From NCBI RefSeq assembly GCF_000009705.1, contig NC_003276.1:120001-152000 (forward strand): a stretch of DNA of 32,000 nt, given 5' to 3'. A model generated the notes under the pieces. It ran no database searches. It saw only the letters and a program-made list of their open reading frames with translations, and was not told the origin of the DNA. The stretch comes from Nostoc sp. PCC 7120 = FACHB-418 (GTDB taxonomy: Bacteria > Cyanobacteriota > Cyanobacteriia > Cyanobacteriales > Nostocaceae). Made by a program: the position numbers and the translations under genes. Positions 11,401-19,672 of this stretch are shown one piece after another. Within the stretch, counting starts at the first letter, position 1. Each line of letters begins with the position of its first letter.

Positions 11401-14400
11401 TGTGCTTGTCTTTTAGCTTCTGTTCGGACTTGAGGGAATTTACAAGCTAAGGCAATTAAACTTTTAACTCTGTAATACTCTTCTTGAATCTCTTGGGCTA
11501 TACTTTGCGCTTCTAAAAAATTGTCTGGCTGGAGGTAAGGAACTAAACGTTCAAGATATTTGTATTGTAAATATGATATATTCAATTCTCGAATAGCTCT
11601 CAATGCTTTATGCTGTTTTTGTGGAGAATACAGAGCCAAGTCCGTTAAAATTTCTGTTTTTTCAGAAAGAATTGGGCTAACATAGGCTATGTCTACAATG
11701 TTTGAGCTAATACTATCAAATTCTTCATCGCTTAATTCTTGTGTCCAGAAATTTGTTAAAACCTTACATTTGGCACTTTGACTTTTAAAAGAATCAGCTA
11801 AATTTATTATTTTTGTCGAGTCTTCTTTAGACAAATTATGTAATAGAGATAAAGCACTAAGAATTTGAGCTTTATAATCTTCTTCTTTCAGATTATAAAT
11901 AATTTCAAAAATACCGTTTCTGTCATGGTCAGGTAGTAAAGTTACTAACTCAGTTAAGATTTTAGTTTTATCCTGTTCATTCGTAATAATATTTTTAACT
12001 AAGCTGAATATTTTACTTATAATTGAATGAATTTCAGCCGTTTCATATAAATTATTTTTATGTCCTTTCCTTAAATTAATAGTTACATTATTAAGGATAC
12101 AGGCTTTTAAAGTTAAATCTTGAATTTTATTTTCTACTATATCTACAGTTTGTGGGATTTGACTGATGTATAAATGTGGAATTAAATTACAAAGAGCTTG
12201 TGTCCGGTGATATTGTCCAGGAATTGATTTTTCTATTAAACTCAGGGTTTCTCTACGCAGTTCTCTAGGAAGGTAGGGAGCTAGATTACTAAAGGCTTCG
12301 GCTCGATAAGCAGGATGAAAAATATTTTCTGTAATGACACGTAATGCAGTAGGTATAAGCCCTGAAGAGAGACGAGGAGCTAATGCGCTAATAAATTTAG
12401 TTTTATCTGAATCATTTCTGGATTGTTTAATTATTTCTAAGGCAGCAGAAAATTGATAGCTAGAAATACGAGAAGCAACTTCTTCAGGAAAACGAAAGGC
12501 TGATTGATTAAGAGCTTTAATAAGATTTTGTTTCTGCTTAATTTGAAATATTATATCTAAAAATTGTTGTATAACTTGGGCTTCAGAGGGTAAATATGGA
12601 GCAATTGCAGCAATAGTATTAGCTTGTTGTAACTCATTCTCAGTTGCTTTTACTATCTCAAGTATTTTATAAAGTAATGGTAATCCAGATCCAGATTTTG
12701 GTAATTGAGAAAGTATAGATGCAAAATCTTGTGCTTGCTGATACTCACTATCAATATCTTTTGCTTTTTCAAGAGCTTGCTCTAACAATTTAATACACTC
12801 ACGTTCTTTTAAGTGAGTTGCCAGAGTCACTAAATCATCAAATTGGCAAGATTGATACTGAAGATTTTCTGCAATTTCAAAAGCTTTGTCTAACGATTCT
12901 GGTGAGGATTTAGATAAATAGGGGATAACAACAGCTAAAGCCTTAGCTTTGCTGCTATCATTCTCAATCGCTTTTAATCTTTCAATAATTTCTAAAAAAA
13001 AAATTTTTACCTGATCAAATTCAGACAAGTGTGTAGCGACAAAAGCTAAGATTTCAGCACCTTTAAAAGTGTCATTTTTTATTGTCTTTGCTATCTCAAT
13101 AACCTTTTCTTTTTGTTCAGTTTTGCTCAACAGAGGCACAATAATTTTAAGTTCGTTAGCCCGTAACAAATCGCTATAGTTAGCATCTAAAAGCATTTTT
13201 AGGGCTTCTTGTAGCACTTCTGAGCGTTTGGGTTCAGGTAAACAAGGTGCAGCAGAAGCTAAAGAAGAAGCTGTTGCAGAAAAATATTTTTGCAAAAATT
13301 CTGTTTGTTGCGGTTCTCTTAAGTAAGGAATAATAGCAATTCGATGTTTATGATGTGAATGATAGTATGTATTTTGAGCTATTTTAAGATATTGTTCTAA
13401 TAATTCTGGTTCAGATTCAGAAAGTTGATAAGCAATAGCGGCTAAAGCTTCATCTTTTTGCTCATCACTATTAATTTTTTTAGCTATCTCAAGAGCTTTT
13501 TGTAGTAAACTTGGATTAAATTTACGTAATTGAGGAGCAACAGCAACTAGAGCTTGTGCTTTAGCAGAGTCATAGGTAGAAACAAGTTTTTCAATTATTT
13601 CAAGTGATTTGTCTAGTAAATGTGACTCAAAATCTGACAAGTGAGGAATAACTGCCACTAAAGCTCTAGATCGGGCATTATCATATTCAATTGTTTGTAT
13701 TATTTCAAAAGCCTTTTCTAATAATTGTGATTTCGATTGAGGTAAGTGAGGTATAACAGCAAATAAGGCAACAACTTTACTAGCACCTTCTTTTATATTT
13801 ATCGCTATTTTAAGAGCTTGTTGCAATAACTGAGGTTCTAATTTAGATAAGTGAGGAGCTAAAGCTACCAGTGCTATAGCTTGGTCATAAGAACCAAATT
13901 CAAGATTTTGAACTATATTAAAAGCTTTTTGTAACAGCTTTGACTGGGATTTAGATAAGTAAGAAGCAATAAAAACTAAAGTTTCGCTTACGCCACTTAT
14001 GAAATTTGGCCAAATATTTTCAATTCTTTCTAAAATAAGATATAAAACTTCATTGCATTGAGTTTCTTTTAGGTGAGGTGCAATAGCAGCTAAGGCTTTT
14101 ATTCTGTCATATTCTTCATTGGCAATTTTGTATGCTATTTCAAGAGCTTGCTGTAGCAATATTGGTTCAGATTTAGGTAAGTAAGGAGCAATAGCAACTA
14201 GAGCTTCACGTTGATAATCTCCACGTTCCAAATTATTTACTATCTCAAGGGTCTTTTCTAATAATTGAGGCTCAAATTCAGTTAATTGCGGAGCAATGAT
14301 AGAAAAAATATTAACTCCATTCTCTATCTTTTCTGGTAATGCTTCCAAAGCTTGTTGAAAAACTTCTGTACGCTCATCTTTATCTAAAAGAGCAGCAAGA

Positions 14401-15368
14401 TTTATTAATGAAGTGATATTTTCAACACTTATAAAGTCAGTGCTACCTCTAGTTTTTCTTACTAAATCAAGAGCTTTTTTTAAAATCTCTCTACGTCGAG
14501 GCTCATTTACATGAGGAGCAATAGTAGCTAATCCTTTGATTTGGTAAAATTCATTATTAATATTTTGTGCTATGGTCAGAAATTGTTCGATAATCTCTGA
14601 ATCAATTTCCTTTAAATTAGAGGTGATAAAAGCTATAGCTTCAACTCCAGCATAGTAATTAATATTCTGCGTTATTGACAAGAGTTCTTGTAATAATTGT
14701 GGATTGATTTCGGTTATTTGGCTAGTGATAACAGTTAGAGCTTCAGCTTGTAAATAATCAACTTTTATGTTTTGTACAAATTTAAGGGACTGTGTTAGCA
14801 CTTCTGTTTTTAGAGGTTTAGGCACATGAGAAGCAAGAGCGGCTAAAGTTTCTGCTAGTTCTGAAGGTCGTTCGTGATTCTCTATTACTAATAAAGCCTG
14901 TTTTAATATTTCTGTAGACTCTGGTATAGATAATTGAGTAACTATAAAAGCTAAGGCTTTAGCTTGGTAATAATTATTCTCAATATTCTGGGCTATTTTA
15001 TAAACCTCTTGTATCCATTGCGGTTGAGACTTAGGCAAGTGAGGTGCTATCGTAATTAAAGCTTCTGATCGCAGTTTTTCATCTTGAATCCCCTGGACGA
15101 TTTTGCAAGTTTTCTGTAGTATTTTTGGCTCAGATTCGGGTAAATAAGTAACAATAGCAGTTATAACTTTTTTAACTTGGTCAAACTCGTCCAAGCTCTT
15201 TGCAATGTCAAGAGTTTGTTGCAGTACCGTTGACTTTGATGGCAGTAACTCGGCAACAAAGCTGGTCAGTGCTTCTACTTTTTTCTCATCATCAGTAATG
15301 GTCTTAATATCTTTTAACCATTCCAATAAATCTTGACTCAATAAATACTGGCTTTGCTCTAATGTCAT
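8475..15368 (-). CDS. Giant KAP-family P-loop NTPase with about 30 N-terminal HEAT/ARM-like repeats, coiled coils and a TM hairpin inserted in the NTPase domain
   Basis: 2297-aa ORF. The N-terminal roughly 1300 aa (nt about 11400-15280) are 35-40-aa units of the form AL..IAPHLP.S.P.LLQ.AL.IA..I (for example AIAPYLPKSEPILLQQALEIAYKI and ALAPHLSKLEPQLLQQALKIAINI). Walker A is GILGGWGGGKSYIL (nt about 10907-10936). FDAWTYAKSDLW is the KAP-typical motif. The hydrophobic helices are LLIIIFFVCLLLAILLPAGIQFF and IAQVVGFFTPMLPAIATLQALW (nt about 9838-9996). Walker B is VILYIDDLDRC (nt about 9255-9290). E/K/Q-rich coiled coils flank the TM hairpin. Confidence 0.85.
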   Translation of the reverse strand: MTLEQSQYLLSQDLLEWLKDIKTITDDEKKVEALTSFVAELLPSKSTVLQQTLDIAKSLDEFDQVKKVITAIVTYLPESEPKILQKTCKIVQGIQDEKLRSEALITIAPHLPKSQPQWIQEVYKIAQNIENNYYQAKALAFIVTQLSIPESTEILKQALLVIENHERPSELAETLAALASHVPKPLKTEVLTQSLKFVQNIKVDYLQAEALTVITSQITEINPQLLQELLSITQNINYYAGVEAIAFITSNLKEIDSEIIEQFLTIAQNINNEFYQIKGLATIAPHVNEPRRREILKKALDLVRKTRGSTDFISVENITSLINLAALLDKDERTEVFQQALEALPEKIENGVNIFSIIAPQLTEFEPQLLEKTLEIVNNLERGDYQREALVAIAPYLPKSEPILLQQALEIAYKIANEEYDRIKALAAIAPHLKETQCNEVLYLILERIENIWPNFISGVSETLVFIASYLSKSQSKLLQKAFNIVQNLEFGSYDQAIALVALAPHLSKLEPQLLQQALKIAINIKEGASKVVALFAVIPHLPQSKSQLLEKAFEIIQTIEYDNARSRALVAVIPHLSDFESHLLDKSLEIIEKLVSTYDSAKAQALVAVAPQLRKFNPSLLQKALEIAKKINSDEQKDEALAAIAYQLSESEPELLEQYLKIAQNTYYHSHHKHRIAIIPYLREPQQTEFLQKYFSATASSLASAAPCLPEPKRSEVLQEALKMLLDANYSDLLRANELKIIVPLLSKTEQKEKVIEIAKTIKNDTFKGAEILAFVATHLSEFDQVKIFFLEIIERLKAIENDSSKAKALAVVIPYLSKSSPESLDKAFEIAENLQYQSCQFDDLVTLATHLKERECIKLLEQALEKAKDIDSEYQQAQDFASILSQLPKSGSGLPLLYKILEIVKATENELQQANTIAAIAPYLPSEAQVIQQFLDIIFQIKQKQNLIKALNQSAFRFPEEVASRISSYQFSAALEIIKQSRNDSDKTKFISALAPRLSSGLIPTALRVITENIFHPAYRAEAFSNLAPYLPRELRRETLSLIEKSIPGQYHRTQALCNLIPHLYISQIPQTVDIVENKIQDLTLKACILNNVTINLRKGHKNNLYETAEIHSIISKIFSLVKNIITNEQDKTKILTELVTLLPDHDRNGIFEIIYNLKEEDYKAQILSALSLLHNLSKEDSTKIINLADSFKSQSAKCKVLTNFWTQELSDEEFDSISSNIVDIAYVSPILSEKTEILTDLALYSPQKQHKALRAIRELNISYLQYKYLERLVPYLQPDNFLEAQSIAQEIQEEYYRVKSLIALACKFPQVRTEAKRQAQDFKNQTEDFVPQKNYVQGFELLCRLAIEVPEILPEILKDLEKIKPKKELLAEKNQSELENSLTQWQQRQILIVLKPHLPIRIIREIDREQTKGKIPNELWYRSLRILRKTYRDALIGGSFRNDTDLNEDLLNLKDEIDALANMLLMRDLEPPVAVGILGGWGGGKSYILHLMQNRILEVRSEGITEQEAWSENPSSDELYPYVGHIYQIKFDAWTYAKSDLWASLMQTIFFELDRQISLEQQLIKVGIEPCAENSAKIWQVLYQVSEEDRNWFLERVLTVEQLQNFQDSKQKQDFPDNLWQIFTKSQRDSIRSYKETKEELINKEKELQVRKENLLVNLSERDKDLQERLANAEQRLQIRLDEIVADIREKQSSEVKLEPSDNEKKIHLILGYSAVVLERTLGDQGFNKIFDEKIQAEVNKKINLKINIKSDDITKVSSWLKGVVTVAISNNYQSITLYSVREWAKKNKLLIIIFFVCLLLAILLPAGIQFFNNLGSSKVIAQVVGFFTPMLPAIATLQALWTTGKKWYDETQLALNEYKTSYEQALEERVQKLVKKREEEIEESIQEGIEKAIQQDERLIEVNEELASLRNDKINDVETKIANEQKQAEENAKIRQLEGEVLELRNKLEKQQQELPENIYASLGEFISARINNGSYEKRLGIMHQVKQDLAALSYKLLPPPADSKDYAAKIDFLKKAFPRGPARVILYIDDLDRCSPDTVVQVLEAVQLLVKNRLFIAVVAIDERYINRALAKYYQGVLSSQGRPSPADYLEKIIQIPYRVTSIADSALRQYLKSQVAIQDSGISGNKFNEFSPEEFNILVQCCQEVDLSPRSLKRLTNVYKLFKVLNRIQGHKSSAKEQQAILALLAFSGRYPDLMRDLLKDIESRYEEYRNQPINDNLINFFRESLQKHENKYKHHSYLYEELNKLRHDIDKVIPDNLTLEDIKQIFDFVRRFSFVGDIGYDVDYQKGVNF

Positions 15369-15611
15369 GTTTTGGATAATACTTTTAAATAGCCCTATTT
15401 ACCAAGAATACCAATTTGTTTTGAAAGGTAATCATCATATTTACCTTTAGTCACAAACTTTTAATGATTCGCCTTAATACCCAGTGCATTTAAGTGAATA
15501 AGTATGTGCGACTGTTCAAATTCTTACCAATTTGTACTGTAAAGTAAAGTAGTATTTTACTATAGCGATAGTCACTAATTTTCTCAGTATCCTGTTGCGA
15601 ACAAAGTCATA

Positions 15612-16025
15612 TTACTCCCCCACCGGATACCGCCGCATCATCTCCGCCAACGCCACAGCCTCCCCATCCGCCGTGTACACCACCTCACCCGACATCGCAA
15701 TCACAATCCGCTTCTGCCTCGCCCACTCAAACCAAGCGATCGCCCCCGACTTAGCCTGCTGCACCTCCGGTTTCCGTCCCTCCCGACAAGCAGCCACAAA
15801 CACAGCCTCCGGTGACTTAACCCCCTTCCAAGTCCGCACTGCCTCCTTCAAATATGCGATCGCCCCCGGCACATTCTCCCAGTACCGCTTGACCGTGCGC
15901 TGAATCTCCCCGTTTAACCGAAACTGAGGGGTACAAGGAATCTCCCTCAACTGCTGCAATATTTCCTGAACCTCCTGCTGACTTGGCTGTACTGATTTAT
16001 CTACAGGCTCAGGCAGCGATCGCAC
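15612..16025 (-). CDS. C-terminal-domain-only paralog (stand-alone gene or remnant) of the 19638..20753 product
   Basis: 137-aa ORF. From KSVQPSQQEVQEILQQLREIPCTP... to ...AEMMRRYPV it aligns without gaps to the C-terminus of the 371-aa protein, with 8-9 amino-acid differences. Its own N-terminus (MRSLPEPVD) is unrelated. Confidence 0.5.
   Translation of the reverse strand: MRSLPEPVDKSVQPSQQEVQEILQQLREIPCTPQFRLNGEIQRTVKRYWENVPGAIAYLKEAVRTWKGVKSPEAVFVAACREGRKPEVQQAKSGAIAWFEWARQKRIVIAMSGEVVYTADGEAVALAEMMRRYPVGE
15621..15995. repeat. Direct repeat copy A (375 bp), partner at 19680..20054
   Basis: Hand alignment gives the same length, no indels and about 43 mismatches (roughly 88-89 percent identity). 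Both copies are in the same orientation. Confidence 0.9.
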
Positions 16026-16219
16026 TTTTGGTGGGGCATCATCGCATCTGGTCTTGATTACTATCCGCTAGATCAGGACTTCTGCGTAAGAGCAATAACT
16101 TTACTGGCTTACTTATAAGCTTGTTGAGCTTGTGTAGACAGGAAGCCTTGAAGTCTGTTGCCAACTTAAGTATAAATTGCTATTCTCCAGTAAGATTTTA
16201 CTCCTACTGAAAAGCCTGT

Positions 16220-17137
16220 ATGCCCATCCCTGACTATCAAGCGATAATGCTACCGTTACTCAAATTTACCACCGACCAGAAGGAACACTCACTACAGGAA
16301 ACAATTGATGCTTTGGCAGATCACTTCCAATTAACTGAAGATGAACGAAAAGAACTCTTGCCTAGTGGCCGTCAACCAACTTTTAATAATCGTGTAGGGT
16401 GGGCGCGTACTTATTTAAAAAAAGCAGGATTAGTGGAGTCAACTAAACGAGGCTATTTCCGTATAACTGATAGAGGAATCGATACAATTAAAACTAATCC
16501 TGTTGAGATTAATGCTAAAATTTTAAGACAATTTCCAGAATTTCTAGAATTTCAAAACTATACTCAACAATCAGAGGAAAGCACATCTAATGGTAGTGGG
16601 ACTGAAATCAATACAACTCGCACACCAGAAGAAGATGTAGAGCTTGCCATTCAAAAGCTGACAAAAGAATTAGCATCAGATTTACTACAGATAATTAAAA
16701 ATTCTTCTCCTGCTTTCTTTGAAAAACTGGTAGTCGATTTATTAGTCAAAATGGGCTATGGTGGTACTCGCAAGGATGCAGGCAAAACAGTAGGGCGTAG
16801 TGGCGATGGTGGAATTGACGGTATCATCAATGAAGACCGTCTTGGCTTAGATGTGATTTATATTCAAGCTAAACGCTGGGAAAATTCTGTAGGTCGTCCT
16901 GAAATTCAAAAGTTTGCTGGTGCTTTGCAAGGGTTTCGAGCTAAAAAGGGTGTGTTTATAACAACATCAACATTTACAAATGAAGCTAAAGACTATGTTT
17001 CAAGAATTGACAGCAAGATTGTTCTGATTGATGGTGAAATGCTTACTCAGTTAATGATTGAAAATAATGTTGGTGTTACGCCATTTACTGTATATGAAGT
17101 CAAGAAAGTTGATTCAGATTATTTTACGGATAGTTAA
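16220..17137 (+). CDS. mrr: Mrr-family type IV (modification-dependent) restriction endonuclease
   Basis: 305 aa. The N-terminal Mrr_N-like winged helix reads MPIPDYQAIMLPLLKF...RVGWARTYLKKAGLVEST.RGYFRITDRG. The C-terminal catalytic core reads GRSGDGGIDGIINEDRLGLDVIYIQAKRW (D...D-x-QxK PD-(D/E)xK variant), followed by FAGAL......KGVFITTSTFT. Confidence 0.9.
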   Translation: MPIPDYQAIMLPLLKFTTDQKEHSLQETIDALADHFQLTEDERKELLPSGRQPTFNNRVGWARTYLKKAGLVESTKRGYFRITDRGIDTIKTNPVEINAKILRQFPEFLEFQNYTQQSEESTSNGSGTEINTTRTPEEDVELAIQKLTKELASDLLQIIKNSSPAFFEKLVVDLLVKMGYGGTRKDAGKTVGRSGDGGIDGIINEDRLGLDVIYIQAKRWENSVGRPEIQKFAGALQGFRAKKGVFITTSTFTNEAKDYVSRIDSKIVLIDGEMLTQLMIENNVGVTPFTVYEVKKVDSDYFTDS

Positions 17138-17173
17138 AGTAGTTTTTGAAGCAAATGGATGATTTAGCTTTTC

Positions 17174-19294
17174 TTATTCTTGCATCATTTTGTATTTTGT
17201 TATAAATTTATTTAATGATATCTTCAAATTTTCTGCTAATCTGCTTTGTTCAGTTAAATCTTGAACTCTAGCAATTACCTCATCTGCGCTTAAGTCAGAC
17301 AATAACCATTGAGGAAAAATCATATCATTTTGTGCAATAGTAAGAAAGTTTTCTAACAAACAAATTAGTTTTTGGTCTTCCTTAAGAATTTCTTTTATCC
17401 ATTGATTTACTTCTTCTACATTAGCTAAATCACGCCAAAAAGCTAGGATATGAAGCAATTTAGGTGCTTTAAGTAAACTTTCTTGTTGTGCAGCATTTCG
17501 TACTTTATCCAAAGCAAGCTTCTCGATTTCTTCTAATTGTTGTGTATTTACAACTCTTTGAGCTTCAGGCTTGTCTCTTCTATATTCATATTTTCCATGC
17601 TGCGACCCCAGAGATACAACTTGGTGTACTATTGTTGCAATTGCATGACCGTTAAATATGACTTTTTTTAATATTTGTCCTCTTTCTGATTTTTCAATTC
17701 TTTGCAAAAGTTGATTTATTAATAATTCTATTTCATATTCATTACCTATGGAAACAAAAGAATTGTTCTCATATTCAATGTCCCACAGTTGATCTCCAAC
17801 TTCAAAAAAAGCCTGTAAAATAGGTTCTACATCATTTAAAGGAATATCTTTATCTACATAATCTCTTAAACGGTCTAGAAAAACATTAATTCTACTTATA
17901 CCATCAGGACGCATCTGGGCAGATAATTCTACCAGTTTAGCTCCAAATGCCTGACAATTATTTGCTAAAGCTAATATAGCTTGCATTTCAGAAATAGATA
18001 TATTACCTTCAGGAATCGCTAAACGAAAGTAAACAGGGAAAACATCTGCACTGCATATATGAAGATATCTTCGTTTATTTTGAAAATAATTATCTCCTAA
18101 AGTTATATTTATATTACCTGATTTTGGAAAAATTTTTGTTAATATAAATTTGACTGCATTTCTATCTCTTTCATTAATTTGATTAATCCAAGTGTTATGA
18201 AATTCCTTTATTTTTTCTTCGTCTATAATCCTTGGTACAGTTAAAAATCTAACCCCAAAAGTGAATAATTCTGGATTATTACGAATAATATTATATACAG
18301 TTGGGTAAAACAGCCTAATAGTTTCAATAGCAACGAAATCAACGAAATTAACTTCTCCTTTAACTCCTGGATATGTCACCATCAAGGTATTCGCTAAACG
18401 TAATATACTACGAGGTGTAGTAATAAAATGCTCTATTCCTTGCCAATAAATTTCTAACCAATATTTTTGGTCAAATAGTTCTTCTGGAGTACCAGAAATT
18501 ATTTTGTCTAGTTGGCTATCAAATAATCTGGAAAGCTGTATTCTATCAGGAAGGGGCAGTTCAAAAGAAACCTGAACAATTTTCTCAAGATAAACTTCTC
18601 CATTTATTTTCTGTATTTCTTCAAGAGCTTTGATAACAACTTCTTTATCAAAAAGTAAAAGATAAACAACATTAGGAAAATTAGCAACTGCTTTAATTAC
18701 CCGAAACAGTTGTCTAATCTCTTCAGCAGTCAATCTATCTATATCATCAATAACAACTAAAATACGTTTTTGCTGCTTTTTTAGTGTTTCTTCTATTTCC
18801 TGTTTTAATTTATGTATATCCTTTGGACTAATGACTGTTTTTACTGTTGCAGCAAAACCTTTTGTCCATAAACCTGGAACTGTAGAAACTCTCTCTGCAA
18901 AACTTTCTATCTGGTTTTTAAATTTTCTCCCAAGGGATTGCCATTTCTCGTATAATACGCCTGATAATTGCTCAAAAAAGCTTTTAGTAAGGTCTTCCTG
19001 CCCAGAAAACCACCAAGGATTATACGGCACAATTATTGGTTGTTCCTGCTCAGGCTTTTGCTTGAGGTAGTGTATTATAAAATTTAATAAAGTTGACTTA
19101 CCTAAACCCCAAGGGGCATAAACTGCTATCACTAATCCATCTGGCGGAGACATTTTGCAGATGCTTTCTGCAAGATTCTTGGCGAATGGAGCATAACCTA
19201 ATTTGTCATCTTTTGGGTCACTTAGAGGTTTATCTGCCGATAAAATATTTAGAGTATCAGGCTCCAAACTGAAGCTATCTTGCCCTTCAAACAT
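17174..19294 (-). CDS. KAP-family P-loop NTPase, soluble form with no TM insert and an uncharacterised helical C-terminal region of about 400 aa
   Basis: 706 aa. KAP-type N-terminus DKPLSDPKDDKLGYAPFAKNLAESI, Walker A VIAVYAPWGLGKSTLLNFI, then YNPWWFSGQEDL, Walker B ILVVIDDIDRL. I see no long hydrophobic segment between the Walker motifs. Convergent with mrr, with a 36-bp gap. Confidence 0.85.
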   Translation of the reverse strand: MFEGQDSFSLEPDTLNILSADKPLSDPKDDKLGYAPFAKNLAESICKMSPPDGLVIAVYAPWGLGKSTLLNFIIHYLKQKPEQEQPIIVPYNPWWFSGQEDLTKSFFEQLSGVLYEKWQSLGRKFKNQIESFAERVSTVPGLWTKGFAATVKTVISPKDIHKLKQEIEETLKKQQKRILVVIDDIDRLTAEEIRQLFRVIKAVANFPNVVYLLLFDKEVVIKALEEIQKINGEVYLEKIVQVSFELPLPDRIQLSRLFDSQLDKIISGTPEELFDQKYWLEIYWQGIEHFITTPRSILRLANTLMVTYPGVKGEVNFVDFVAIETIRLFYPTVYNIIRNNPELFTFGVRFLTVPRIIDEEKIKEFHNTWINQINERDRNAVKFILTKIFPKSGNINITLGDNYFQNKRRYLHICSADVFPVYFRLAIPEGNISISEMQAILALANNCQAFGAKLVELSAQMRPDGISRINVFLDRLRDYVDKDIPLNDVEPILQAFFEVGDQLWDIEYENNSFVSIGNEYEIELLINQLLQRIEKSERGQILKKVIFNGHAIATIVHQVVSLGSQHGKYEYRRDKPEAQRVVNTQQLEEIEKLALDKVRNAAQQESLLKAPKLLHILAFWRDLANVEEVNQWIKEILKEDQKLICLLENFLTIAQNDMIFPQWLLSDLSADEVIARVQDLTEQSRLAENLKISLNKFITKYKMMQE

Positions 19295-19513
19295 ACAGTT
19301 ATGCTCACATGAAAATTTTCACTGGTTACAGTCTTAAATTTTTATCATGCTATACAGTAATGTTGAAACAAAATTAAGTTTTGCTAAATAATCGTGCAGA
19401 TGCAAATTGAAACGCTGAGACATCAAAGCTGATATAGAAAATAGTAACGGATCTTTACAGCATTAAAGTAGGAGCATCTGCTAAAGTACACTCTTTATTT
19501 TTGATAGCGATCG

Positions 19514-19672
19514 CTACTCCTCCCACTTTAGCACCACACCATCGACTGCCACCAACCCCCACTGCGGACACTTCACCACCAGTTTCTTGATCACAATCCG
19601 CAAAGCTGGATCATCAGCCCAATACTCGCTCAAAAACTCATCCCCAGGATTTTCGCGCAACTGTTCTGCCAT
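19514..19672 (-). CDS. Small hypothetical ORF (52 aa) overlapping the end of the 371-aa gene
   Basis: Hand translation: MAEQLRENPGDEFLSEYWADDPALRIVIKKLVVKCPQWGLVAVDGVVLKWEE. It is below the ORF-track length cutoff. Its start lies inside the tail of 19638..20753 in another frame. Its composition matches the GC-rich backbone, and it ends at a HIP1 site right at the compositional boundary. Confidence 0.3.
   Translation of the reverse strand: MAEQLRENPGDEFLSEYWADDPALRIVIKKLVVKCPQWGLVAVDGVVLKWEE

Noticed and set aside
15595-15903. 102-aa + strand ORF, and its counterpart 19587..19874, antisense to the two repeat copies
   Set aside because: The two antisense ORFs are in different frames relative to the repeat and share no protein similarity, so they are not conserved. 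The sense-strand domain is conserved.
17138-17173. Expected bidirectional terminator between the convergent mrr and KAP2 genes
   Set aside because: I could not find a convincing stem-loop in the 36-bp gap.
18831-19070. 79-aa + strand ORF inside KAP2
   Set aside because: Antisense shadow across the Walker A region of a well-supported minus-strand gene.
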